A stretch of DNA of 64,000 nucleotides, taken from contig NC_068990.1 in the NCBI RefSeq assembly GCF_001194135.2, positions 13,728,975 through 13,792,974 on the forward strand, read 5' to 3'. A program made the position numbers and the translations under genes. The first letter of the stretch is position 1, and each line of letters begins with the position of its first letter. Below the pieces are notes generated by a model that saw only the letters and a program-made list of their open reading frames with translations, did no database searches and was not told the origin of the DNA. The DNA is from Octopus bimaculoides (taxonomy: Eukaryota). Shown in pieces: positions 10,883 to 22,375 of the stretch.

Positions 10883-11782
10883 CGGGATTCGTATTTTTCA
10901 AGCGTTTATCTCTATAAATCCATGATATACAGTCGCCGCTTTATGCTGACCTCATTTGTTATTCCATCTATTGCAATTCCTATGGCGTTGGAAGAGTGGT
11001 GATGTGTGAAGATGGACAAGTCTCCATGCATATATATGTATGTATATATGTATGTATTTGTGTACATGTGAAGGGTGTCAATCTACGCTCACACACACAT
11101 AACATAACATACATACATATACATACATACACACATATACACGTGTATGAATCTTTGTATGTATTCACGAATGTATATAACCTGATAAATACATCATTTT
11201 CTGCCCCGTCAACAATACAAATATAACATTAAATAAGAATTTATCATTTTAAGTTCACTGAATTTAATACTCGCACGATTGTCTATTTACAGAATTAAAT
11301 AGTGCTGCACTCAATACTCAGAATTATATAATTGGTAATGCAAATTACCATCGTATTTAAATATTTGACAAAGAAGACCAAAGTACATTACAGTTAGGTG
11401 ATTGTAACAACAGCGGTGATCAATTTCTTAGTTGCAACAGTGTACATATTGTCAAGCCATATAAAGATATAATTATTACAGAAAAGAATTTCAAACTTTA
11501 ATTTTCAATTTCTAACCATTATTGAGAATCTATTTACAATACTTTCGTGGTCTTAGTAATGGTATTGTTGAACCGACTTACGATAGTAGAAATATTTCAT
11601 TTGTTTGGTACTGTGAAAAATAAATTTGGTTGTTAACACGTTTAGAAATTCCATAAAGAGTTGTCACAAATAATGAAAAGAAAATCAAAAAGTTCAAAAA
11701 GGACGACTAATATACATTGTATATTGAACTCTAGTTAAATACTTATTCTTACTAAAGACTGCATGATATATATATATATATT

Positions 11783-12190
11783 AGGAGTGTCTGTGTGGTA
11801 TGTAGCTTGCTTACCAACCACATGGTTCCGGGTTCGGTCCCACTGCGTTGCACTCTTGGTAAGTGTCTTCTACTATAGCCTCGAGCCGACCAAAGCCTTG
11901 TGAGTGGATTTGGTAGACGGAAACTGAAAGAAGCCCGTCGTATGTATGTATATATATATGTATATGTTTGTGTGTCTGTGTTTGTCCCTCCACCCCAACA
12001 TCGCTTGACAACCGATGCTGGTGTGCTTACGTCCCCGTAACCTAGCGGTTCGTAAAACAGACCGATAGAGTAAGTATTAGACTTATAAAGAATAAGTCCT
12101 GGGGTCGAATTGCTCGACTAAAAGCAGTGCTCCAGCATGGCCGCAGTCAAATGACTGAAACAAATAAAAGAATAAAAGAATAAAAGAATA
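11783..12190 (+). mobile_element. Full-length SINE family B (tRNA head, CORE-like box, internal TA/TG microsatellite, (TAAAAGAA)n tail)
   Basis: GGAGTGTCTGTGTGGTATGTAGCTTGC...GGTTCGGTCCC...GGTAAGTGTCTTCTACTATAGCC...GCTCCAGCATGGCCGCAGTCAAATGACTGAAAC(AAATAAAAG)n. Confidence 0.9.
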
Positions 12191-12435
12191 TATATTTCGA
12201 GAGAGAGAGAGAGAGAGATTGAGAGAGAGAGAGAGAGAGAGAGAGATTGAGAGTTAGCTAGGTAGATTGATAGATATAATGCACGATTTATTCGTGATAA
12301 GAGTCGTTCTAAAACCGNNNNNNNNNNGAGAGAGAGAGAGAGAGAGAGAGAGATTGAGAGTTAGCTAGGTAGATTGATAGATATAATGCACGATTTATTC
12401 GTGATAAGAGTCGTTCTAAAACCGAGGATCTACTT

Positions 12436-12480
<45 letters not shown>

Positions 12481-12553
12481 GACAAAATGAGATAACAAAG
12501 TCAAGAGTGTGAGAAGTTTTCACGATATTTATAAGGAAAAGGATACAGATATA

Positions 12554-12600
12554 GTCTTACAGCTGTTTCTGGGATATTATAGATATCCCGTCATCAGAGA
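12554..12600 (-). ncRNA. Minimal type-I hammerhead ribozyme with canonical CUGAUGA/GAAA core, family 2
   Basis: Reverse complement: TCT-CTGATGA-C-GGGATA tctataa TATCCC-A-GAAAC-AGCT-GTA-AGAC. Stem III lies in the palindrome ACAGCTGT. Confidence 0.75.
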
Positions 12601-13189
12601 TACTGTGAGACGGTTAAATAGAGGTAAATGTTTGATTTCGAAATAAAGAATTATTATGGAAAAGGATGAGATAGAGAAGATAGAGAAGGAAATGAGGGAA
12701 TGAAAGTAGAAATAAAATATAAAAATAAATAAATGTATTGTACTTGCAGTTCCCTTATTCGGGGAAAGTGGTGTATAGAAGTGCTAAAAAAGTTTCCTGC
12801 ACAGGGTATTTAAGTCCTGATAGTAGTTCGTGTTTAGTTATTTCAAAGTATGGCGCCGTGGATTCTGTGTTGTTCATTCGAAGGAGACTTGTGGTGTGAA
12901 CGAAAATTTGAGAATGTATTGGTAGTATTTATGGATAGATGGAGGTGAGATTTGTATGATTAGAATGAGGAGATAGGTCAAAATGAAAACAGGAAGATAA
13001 AACGAACAGGAAACCATTTTTGCTACTTCTATACACCACCTTCCGCGAATTATGGAACTGCAAATAGAATATCTTTATATACTTTATATTTTATTTCTGC
13101 ATTCATTCTCTTATTTCCCTCCATTTTCCCTATCTCCATAATAACTCCTTATTTCGAACTCAAATATTTACCTCTAACCATTTCACATC

Positions 13190-13237
13190 GTCTATGGTGA
13201 AGGGATATCCATAATATCCCAGAAACAGCTGTTAGAC
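13190..13237 (+). ncRNA. Decayed family-2 hammerhead (C3A, A6G)
   Basis: GTCT-ATGGTGA-A-GGGATA tccataa TATCCC-A-GAAAC-AGCT-GTT-AGAC. Confidence 0.6.
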
Positions 13238-13444
13238 TATATCTATATGTCTAGAAAACTCCTCAAAGCCTTGGCTTTGTTATCTCATTTTGTCTAATAT
13301 ATATATATATATATGCATGCTAATACAAGACCCACATTAGACTCCTCACTCGTATAACTATCGAACCAAGAGTTTCACTACAGCCTGTCCATAGCACTTA
13401 CTTACCGTTACCTGCCACTCTTTGGGTCTTCTAGATACCAATAC

Positions 13445-13487
<43 letters not shown>

Positions 13488-14014
13488 AGAATGACAGATA
13501 TATATATATAGATAGATATTATAGAGATCGATAGATGGAGAAACAGAAGATGAGAGAGAAGGGGAGAGGGAGGGAGCGTGGGAGAGCGAGGTTTTCCCTC
13601 ACACATGCGCACGCACACGCACACACATTGCTACCTTTCTCCTTACGAACACAGACGATATGATATTTTATGCGGAATTATGTTCAAATTCCTGTTATTG
13701 CTGATTTAAGAATGAGCAAGCAATAATGGATTCGGTTAATTACTATAATGTTAGGGGAAAATATGTGCTTTCAATTATTTCAATTACCTATCTGAAACGG
13801 AAAAAAATGCCTTTGTTATCAAACTAATTAATTAATTCTGTATAAAATTTATTTTTCAGAGGAAAATTCAATAATTTTTCTTCCTTAATATCAATTGTTT
13901 TCGGCACCAAATTTATATATTACTCTACATCCCAATAATTGTTTTCGAATTACCGATGCGCACGCGTAAAACTACGTGAATCCTCTACGTATGAAAGAAT
14001 CGATTTACCCAACT

Positions 14015-14068
<54 letters not shown>

Positions 14069-14069
14069 G

Positions 14070-14190
14070 TTCAAATTTACTGAAAATAAAAGATGAAGAC
14101 AAGACAGGTGTTGGAACAAGAAGTATGTGTATTCGTTTAACGGTCCTTTACGTTTCGAGCCTAGAATCTTCGATAGAAATGGTTAAGGAG
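14070..14190 (-). mobile_element. Penelope-like terminal-repeat fragment with decayed family-1 hammerhead (14145-14179, G5A)
   Basis: Reverse complement TTT-CTATCGA-A-GATT ctag GCTC-GAAAC-GTA-AAGG, followed by CGTTAAACGAATACAC..., homologous to 2060-2120. Confidence 0.55.
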
Positions 14191-14338
14191 TNNNNNNNNN
14201 NNNNNNNNNNNNNNNNNNNNNNNNNNNNNNNNNNNNNNNNNNNNNNNNNNNNNNNNNNNNNNNNNNNNNNNNNNNNNNNNNNNNNNNNNNNNNNNNNNNN
14301 NNNNNTTGATTAATATCAATTTCTACCCTCATTATTAA

Positions 14339-14380
<42 letters not shown>

Positions 14381-14845
14381 AGAGAGAGAGATAGAGAGGG
14401 AGTAGTGATAGATAGATATAAAATATGTGTATGTGTATACATGCGTACGTTTCGGCAGAAATGATGGTTGATATCTGCGCATACTCAGTATAAAAGTGCG
14501 GGAGACGTGACACTTGTGAATTAGACATATATGTAGATATGTCTTTGCATAACACAGAAATACCCACCTGTCGCATCTCGCGCGCTTTTGCACAAAGCAT
14601 ATGAAGATACCGACCACCTCTTTCGCTCGTTTTCCCTCCCTAGAGTACACTTGTGAAAACCAATATATTCATAAAACATTCATTATTAATGAGATTCGTC
14701 TTAAATAATCACAAAATTATCAATGACATACCTTCTAATTAAGGTCCGTTTTTATAAATTTTAAACTTTTGTATTAAGATTTGTTTAATTTATGCATACG
14801 CACACACACACACACACACACACAACATATATTTACATATATATG

Positions 14846-14876
<31 letters not shown>

Positions 14877-15539
14877 ATATATATATGTTAAATTATTCGC
14901 ATAACCTTTCGGAAGTAGCAAGCTTCCATGGGTATATTTTCAATATTTACTCGTTTTCAATTGACACTTAAAAATTTATTTTATCCTCAAAGATTTGTAA
15001 ATTTCATTTATTTTTAACAATTATAGCATGTTATAAAAAAGAAAATTTCACATTTTCTCATCGTAATTCAGCATAATCTTGACACCGTCTCCCTCTCATA
15101 CTCTCTTTTTCTTTCCTTCTCTCTCACTCTCTCTCTCTATCTCTTTCTTTTTCTCTCTTTCTCTGATAAATTCTCGAAATCTTAATACGTAAACAAATAT
15201 TCTAACTTTCATTTACTGATTTAAATTTTTCAACCATAGAACAGCGCAATTCTAGAACATATAATTACTTCTACATTTCCACGCAACCTCGATATTTTTC
15301 TTAATGCATTTTCTGTTTAATGCGGTCTAAGCATTTTCTACAAATTTTTTCTGTATAAAAAATTAACATACTGCAAAAGAAAAGGAAAGTTATTCCTGCA
15401 TTACGTTTTCTTTATTTTCTCTTCTATTTTGGGATACTTAGAAATCTGTATGTTCCAGTAAGTGATAAAAGGCTTCCATTACTCAGTCTAATTTACTTTC
15501 ATTCTATCCCTATGACTCCCTCTTTTCAAATTGCTACCT

Positions 15540-15860
15540 TACAGTAAGACAGGTATATTGGTTACTGTGTTTTCGGGTACAATGATCCCGAGAAAATCAT
15601 ACGCACGCTCTACCGCCTGTATTAAATAGGAATACTTGGACAAAGTATACTTTGGCTTCTGTGTTCACAATGTGAATGATTCGCATGCTTCTTTGTAAAA
15701 GCTAGTTTACTCGACAATATCCAACCAATGATCCATATTTTCTTATACACGTTACCTTAAACTAAGACATTACATATCCTTCACAATCACCATCAATAAT
15801 ATGTAAGGTAATGCAGTACAGCTTTATGCTAAAAACATCTGCCACCACTGCCTCAAATTA
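15540..15860 (-). pseudogene. Highly decayed CR1/L2-type reverse-transcriptase fossil
   Basis: Frame-shifted minus translation ADVFSIKLY...DGDC / W ILSSKLAF / RIIHIVNTQKPKYTL...AVERAYDFLGIIV. It follows the order FADDTKLY...W..W.L.F...H....Y.L...KDLGV. Confidence 0.45.
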
Positions 15861-17607
15861 CACCATATGTTTAGCAAGAATAAAAAACACATTAGATAAT
15901 GTACATCTGAAAAAGAATGGTCGCCACGTTCCATTTGTTCGCAGCTCTGCTCGATCATGTTGTCTTGTAGTCAAGCCACAAAACCAATGAGATAAGCACT
16001 GCACAGTTGCTTGAACGTTTAGAAATACCAGTTAAATAATTTTCAAATTATAACCCGTTGTCCTAAATTAGGGCTGAATACATTGGCTATTATCGACCGA
16101 GATTCTTTTAAAACGACCGAATGATGGTTGCTGGAATGTCAATGGTAAAGGGACTACTCGATCAAGCTAGACCACAGCTAAACAAAGACAGAAATTATTT
16201 CTAATGTAGGTACAAAACAAGCGGTCCGGAAGGGAAGGCTTAGTCCATGTCATCGACCTTAGTACTTTAACTGCTACATTTTTTTATAGTTACCGAATGT
16301 ATGAAAAGCAGAAATACCGAAATGTTCTACCATCTCCCAGTTCAGCTCCTGAATAAAATATTGACAATAATGCCAACAGTATCTGGAGGAATCTAACGAA
16401 AGATCCTCCGGAGAGTCTGGTCATTCTGCTGTAAATTATAGAAACAATGTACGTGAATTTGCAAGGGTTTATTTGTCAGCGTGAGAGATTGTGTGCATGC
16501 CTGAGTGCCCGTATATGGACATGTGTGTCTGTATGTATGTGTGTTTGTTTGTTTGTCCAAACACACGCTTTCTCCTTTACTCTTATTTTCATGTCCTTTT
16601 TCTCTATCACTTTTCGTTGCAACTTTCCTCTTGCCGTTTATTTCTCTCTTCCTTCCTCTGCATCTTCTTACCATTCATTTACTTCTTGCTATTTCCTTGT
16701 AGTCAGACTGGCACAAATTTGTAGATCATAAGTAGCATCTATATACGCGAACAATGTCAATGACCGCTTTGCTTCCAAACTTTGCTGCCTCTCTTATAGG
16801 AACTCTCACAGAGGAAAACACAATCAGGCAAACTATTGGAGTGAATTGTAAAATATAAGGGCTTTTCTAATATCTTTCTACAGTAATTTCAATCTTCATA
16901 TTTATTAAAATTATATTCCGGTGGGGATTATACGTTATTAGTAATAAATAGAAGTAAAGCACCCATAAGTCCGTCAAAATCAAACCCATTGTTCTTGATT
17001 CTGAAACTCACACTAGAGAAATAAGTTTCGTCATAGAAGGAAGCTTCAATTGATCGTATCAAACGATAATTATATGCGTTGCCTCGTCTAATGAAGTTTC
17101 TGCATGAATATTTCACCTGGAGGTGAAATCCACACGATTATAGCTGCTCGATGGTATAAAAAGAAGAACCTATAGCAAGAGTTCAAAATCTAATACTCTC
17201 CCCAGAATTACATCTAATTACAATTAGATTTCCTTGGCTCTACTTCAGCTTGCCGATAATTTATTTTCAACTATATTTTCTTCATTAAATCGTGAAGACA
17301 TTTTCTGTTTCCTCCTTCTAAATTTTAAGGTCAGCAGAAGTATATAGACCTTGGACTAAAGAGAATTTCGAATGGAATCTCTAGAAGCTATCAAAGGTCT
17401 CATACCTACGATCTTACAACAATGAACTATCGACATTTATCAACATTTAAATCACAATAACACATCCATGATGTACACTACCTTTAATTTGCAATAGCAT
17501 CTTGTAATCCCATCAATGCCAGTAGCATTTAGAAGCACGGGTTTCCATGCTTTCCATGAAATATTTAAAATACGATCATATATCTACACGTAAAGATGCA
17601 TGTACTA

Positions 17608-17760
17608 GTGGTAGGGATGGTGCACTCAATATCGAATTATCATGGCTTCGATTCCGGGACAGTGTGTTGTGTTGTGTTCTTGAACAGAAGGCTTCATTTC
17701 ACATTGCTGCAGTCCACTCAGCTGTAAGGCCGTAAATGAGTGACATTGCGTCGAGCCGGT
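17608..17760 (+). mobile_element. Degenerate CORE-type SINE head
   Basis: TAGTGGTAGGG...TTCGATTCC...GTGTTCTTGAACAGAAGGCTTCATTTCACATTGCTGCAGTCCACTCAGCTG aligns with family D at 33060-33226. Confidence 0.6.
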
Positions 17761-17894
17761 ATACCGTGCAGAAGACATGTTGTGATCTCAGTCATTTATA
17801 CACTATGGAAAGCGGGTATTCGGTATTATGAGTCTTAAGGCTCGAGACTGTACTTGCTATCTATCCAATCCTACTTGCCGTATTTTCAACACAG

Positions 17895-18465
17895 AATCTC
17901 ATCGAAAGACTTCTGGTGTGGAAACTAGTCACATGTAAAAGGAGATCAGAGACGTTTTAAAATTCTGGTCCAGTGTGCAAATAAAAGAGTCGCCTACAGA
18001 TGTTGCCACTTGTAGCATTTTAAACACATAATCTCACTGAAAGGGGAGGCACATGGCCTAGTGGTTAGAGCAGCTGATTCGCGATGCAGGGATTGCGGGT
18101 TCGAATCTCAGACCAGGCGATGTGAGTATTTAAGAGCGAAACACCTAAGCTCCACGCGACTCTGGCAAAAGGTAATGGCTACCTTTTGCTGACTCTTTCG
18201 CCACAACTTTTTCCCACTCTTTCCTCCTACATCTAGCAGCTCACCTGAAACGGACCGGTGTCACGTACAGGTGGGGAACCTATACGCCAATGAAACCGGG
18301 AAACCGGCCCTTATGAGCCAGGCATGGTTTGAGATAGAACAAACAACCACAACAATCTCATTGAAAGACTTCTGGTGTGCATACTAGTCTCATTTAAAAA
18401 GAGGCCAGTGACGTTTTAAACATCTCGTCCAGTGTGCAAATAAAATAGTTGCCCACAGATGCTAT
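17895..18465 (+). repeat. Diverged ~135-bp tandem duplication whose second unit is split by a SINE
   Basis: AATCTCATCGAAAGACTTCTGGTGTG...CCAGTGTGCAAATAAAA occurs at 17895 and again at 18354. Confidence 0.8.
18044..18353 (+). mobile_element. SINE with family-A-like head but a different 3' tail; 14-bp target-site duplication
   Basis: Head GGGAGGCACATGGCCTAGTGGTTAGAGCAGC...GGTTCGAATCTC. Tail GAAACCGGGAAACCGGCCCTTATGAGCC...(AAC)n. TSD AATCTCA(C/T)TGAAAG at 18030-18043 and 18354-18367. Confidence 0.85.
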
Positions 18466-19007
18466 ACGTTAATATTTTCCATTAAGATGTGTAGAACTAA
18501 GCCAATATGGAGAGCTCATTACGATCAATATAATCCTGGTAACTAGAGAGATTCAAGAGAAAAACCCATAAAGCATATCTAATAGAATATGTTATATATT
18601 AATATTATATTCCAGAAGAGGTTTTATCCCCGAGGCAAGACATCATGGAAACGATCGAAGCAGTATCGGTAGTATGAGTGGATCATTGTTTATTGCAGAG
18701 GCAGAAGTGCTTGGAGGGCTTCATGTATATATAAATACTATGAACACTTGTTTGGTAATATCTGGTGATAGATAACTTTGAGAATATTATCAGGTAATTT
18801 GCTGATCAGCTGTATTTATCTCTTACTGAAAAGTGCAGCAATATTTTCATTGAAAGTTGATGGAAGGTTATATATATATACTCTCGATAATACATACTTA
18901 TACATACTTACACACACACACACACATATATCATACAATATATAGAGAGTAAATGAATCGATAAAGGAAATGAAGGAATGCCTTCCTATACATACATATA
19001 TATATAT

Positions 19008-19042
<35 letters not shown>

Positions 19043-21619
19043 NNNNNNNNNNNNNNNNNNNNNNNNNNNNNNNNNNNNNNNNNNNNNNNNNNNNNNNNNN
19101 NNNNNNNNNNNNNNNNNNNNNNNNNNNNNNNNNNNNNNNNNNNNNNNNNNNNNNNNNNNNNNNNNNNNNNNNNNNNNNNNNNNNNNNNNNNNNNNNNNNN
19201 NNNNNNNNNNNNNNNNNNNNNNNNNNNNNNNNNNNNNNNNNNNNNNNNNNNNNNNNNNNNNNNNNNNNNNNNNNNNNNNNNNNNNNNNNNNNNNNNNNNN
19301 NNNNNNNNNNNNNNNNNNNNNNNNNNNNNNNNNNNNNNNNNNNNNNNNNNNNNNNNNNNNNNNNNNNNNNNNNNNNNNNNNNNNNNNNNNNNNNNNNNNN
19401 NNNNNNNNNNNNNNNNNNNNNNNNNNNNNNNNNNNNNNNNNNNNNNNNNNNNNNNNNNNNNNNNNNNNNNNNNNNNNNNNNNNNNNNNNNNNNNNNNNNN
19501 NNNNNNNNNNNNNNNNNNNNNNNNNNNNNNNNNNNNNNNNNNNNNNNNNNNNNNNNNNNNNNNNNNNNNNNNNNNNNNNNNNNNNNNNNNNNNNNNNNNN
19601 NNNNNNNNNNNNNNNNNNNNNNNNNNNNNNNNNNNNNNNNNNNNNNNNNNNNNNNNNNNNNNNNNNNNNNNNNNNNNNNNNNNNNNNNNNNNNNNNNNNN
19701 NNNNNNNNNNNNNNNNNNNNNNNNNNNNNNNNNNNNNNNNNNNNNNNNNNNNNNNNNNNNNNNNNNNNNNNNNNNNNNNNNNNNNNNNNNNNNNNNNNNN
19801 NNNNNNNNNNNNNNNNNNNNNNNNNNNNNNNNNNNNNNNNNNNNNNNNNNNNNNNNNNNNNNNNNNNNNNNNNNNNNNNNNNNNNNNNNNNNNNNNNNNN
19901 NNNNNNNNNNNNNNNNNNNNNNNNNNNNNNATATATGAACAAAATAGAAGAGGTTCAAGGATTAAATTTCCAAAAGCTCGGGTATGTAGATATCCTAAAC
20001 AACATAATCTTTCATGCGTGTGCTTTTGAATATATATATACTCTTTCCGTTTTCTCACCTACTGCTTCTTCTCTGTTATCTTGGTGCTTTATGGTGGTTT
20101 AATTAAGACTTTAGCTCTTATTTCTAGCCGGTTGAAGCAATTCTGCGTCCTTTCGCTTTGTGCTAATTTATATATTATAGCTAAATAATGCTTTTTGCCT
20201 GCTAACCACCTATGTTACTAATGTTGATACCATCAATTTTAAATTTCATCCACAGATGATATTAACAGTAGTGACATCTTATTTCAAACCTTAGTGTCTG
20301 AATGTTTTATATATATATATAGGTAGGCCGGTAGGTAGGTAGGCCGGTAGGTAAGTAGGTAGCAATCCATGCCAGAATTATGGGTCATCGGTAAATTGCC
20401 AGAATGATGCCTATGGAATTTTCCGCATGGCAAATTGATAACATTTGATGGTCGACTTATTATTTCCCATATTATACTGTGTGTGTGTTATTTTAGTATT
20501 GAATGAAAATTTGCAAGGTATAGTGTAGCTGTCGTATTTGCATACGGTTATCATTTCAGTGATTAATCAGACGGAATTTTACATTTGCTGTAGTATTGTG
20601 AAAATGAATCTCTCGGACGAACGCTTATTTTGCAAGCATGATGCAATATAACTTAAAGAATTATTTTGCTTACGCCTTAATGAATCTATTACACTCGAAA
20701 AATAAAAAAAAAATAAAAAAACATGGATTGCGCAGTGTTTGCGTGTTGTCTGCTTCTAATGCGTGTGTGAAAGAAAGTGTGTTGAGATTTATTCCGCACT
20801 GATAAGAACGTTTGAATTTGCATATGTATTTGACAGACCCATATTCGTTCTTTATGTATGCTGTTGAAGATAAATGCTGCATATTATGGCATACTTTAGA
20901 TACAGGTGATTAAACAATAGCTCTGCATTTCACAGAATTTCCATTTATTTGTAATTCTACATTATGTATTGAGAACATATAGAAGGGAAAAATACTTCTG
21001 TTGGGATAGTATTGCAATTTTTTTATATAATAGATAATAAAAATATAAATATATAATACTAGATACTAAAAATATATGTGTTAGTGGTTTATTGAGATGA
21101 CACTGATTATTTTATCAACACACATTGTATATTTGACAGGCTGGCGCAATTATCGTTAAGTTTTTAACTCTCTCTTTCGAAGGGAAATTGAATGGTTGTT
21201 AGGCTATAAAACCATTCCGCAGACTGCTTACAAAAAAATTACTCCGATATACATTGATTCTAATCTAATAAGTTAAAGAAAACTTTCTCTTCTGTTTAGA
21301 TAGGTTTACTAGCTGAAGATATTTACTTGTTTACAACACTCACTAGGTGAACAAAAGGATTGTCGGCATGTTTGTATCGAGAAGTATCGTTTTGTTTGTA
21401 TCATGCGCTTTTTTAAAACTCTATTTCGAATGTATGTTAATAATAACAATGAAATTACTGTCTTGTGAATCTATTGGCTAATGTGCCAACACTTCCGGTA
21501 GTGGCACAACATTTATCCCATGTCTTTCGGCGAATATTTTACTTTATTTTTCTTTTGAATATGATCTAGCAGAATCGCAAAAGTTTATAAGAGAAATTCA
21601 CTTAAACAGTAAGGAATTC

Positions 21620-22220
21620 TACTATAGCCTCGGGCCGACCAAAGCCGTGTGAGTGGATTTGGTAGACAAACGAAAACTGATGAAGCCCAGCCTATATATA
21701 TATATATATATATATATATNNNNNNNNNNNNNNNNNNNNNNNNNNNNNNNNNNNNNNNNNNNNNNNNNNNNNNNNNNNNNNNNNNNNNNNNNNNNNNNNN
21801 NNNNNNNNNNNNNNNNNNNNNNNNNNNNNNNNNNNNNNNNNNNNNNNNNNNNNNNNNNNNNNNNNNNNNNNNNNNNNNNNNNNNNNNNNNNNNNNNNNNN
21901 NNNNNNNNNNNNNNNNNNNNNNNNNNNNNNNNNNNNNNNNNNNNNNNNNNNNNNNNNNNNNNNNNNNNNNNNNNNNNNNNNNNNNNNNNNNNNNNNNNNN
22001 NNNNNNNNNNNNNNNNNNNNNNNNNNNNNNNNNNNNNNNNNNNNNNNNNNNNNNNNNNNNNNNNNNNNNNNNNNNNNNNNNNNNNNNNNNNNNNNNNNNN
22101 NNNNNNNNNNNNNNNNNNNNNNNNNNNNNNNNNNNNNNNNNNNNNNNNNNNNNNNNNNNNNNNNNNNNNNNNNNNNNNNNNNNNNNNNNNNNNNNNNNNN
22201 NNNNNNNNNNNNNNNNNNNN

Positions 22221-22254
<34 letters not shown>

Positions 22255-22375
22255 CAGTACTACGCTTACACAGAATAATTCCTGGTGTTGGTTTCTTCGA
22301 CTAAAACCCTTCAAGACGATGCTCCAGCATGGCTACAGTCAAATGACTGTAACAAATAAAAGAATAAAAGAATAA
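21620..22375 (+). mobile_element. SINE family B split by a gap at its internal (TA)n
   Basis: CTACTATAGCCTCGGGCCGACCAAAGCC lies before the gap. GCTCCAGCATGGCTACAGTCAAATGACTG(TAAAAGAA)n lies after it. Confidence 0.8.

Larger units (their letters stand above)
12478..13297. mobile_element. Element bounded by ~300-bp inverted repeats, each carrying a family-2 hammerhead (Penelope-like inverted terminal-repeat structure)
   Basis: It starts TTAGACAAAATGAGATAACAAAG and ends CTTTGTTATCTCATTTTGTCTAA. The arms are about 12478-12800 and 13005-13297, with a spacer of about 200 bp. Confidence 0.8.

Noticed and set aside
14446-14488. Possible further hammerhead on the minus strand (CTGAGTA...GCAGA/TCTGC-C-GAAAC-GTA)
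   Set aside because: G8 is missing and no stem I pairing is present; too decayed to support.
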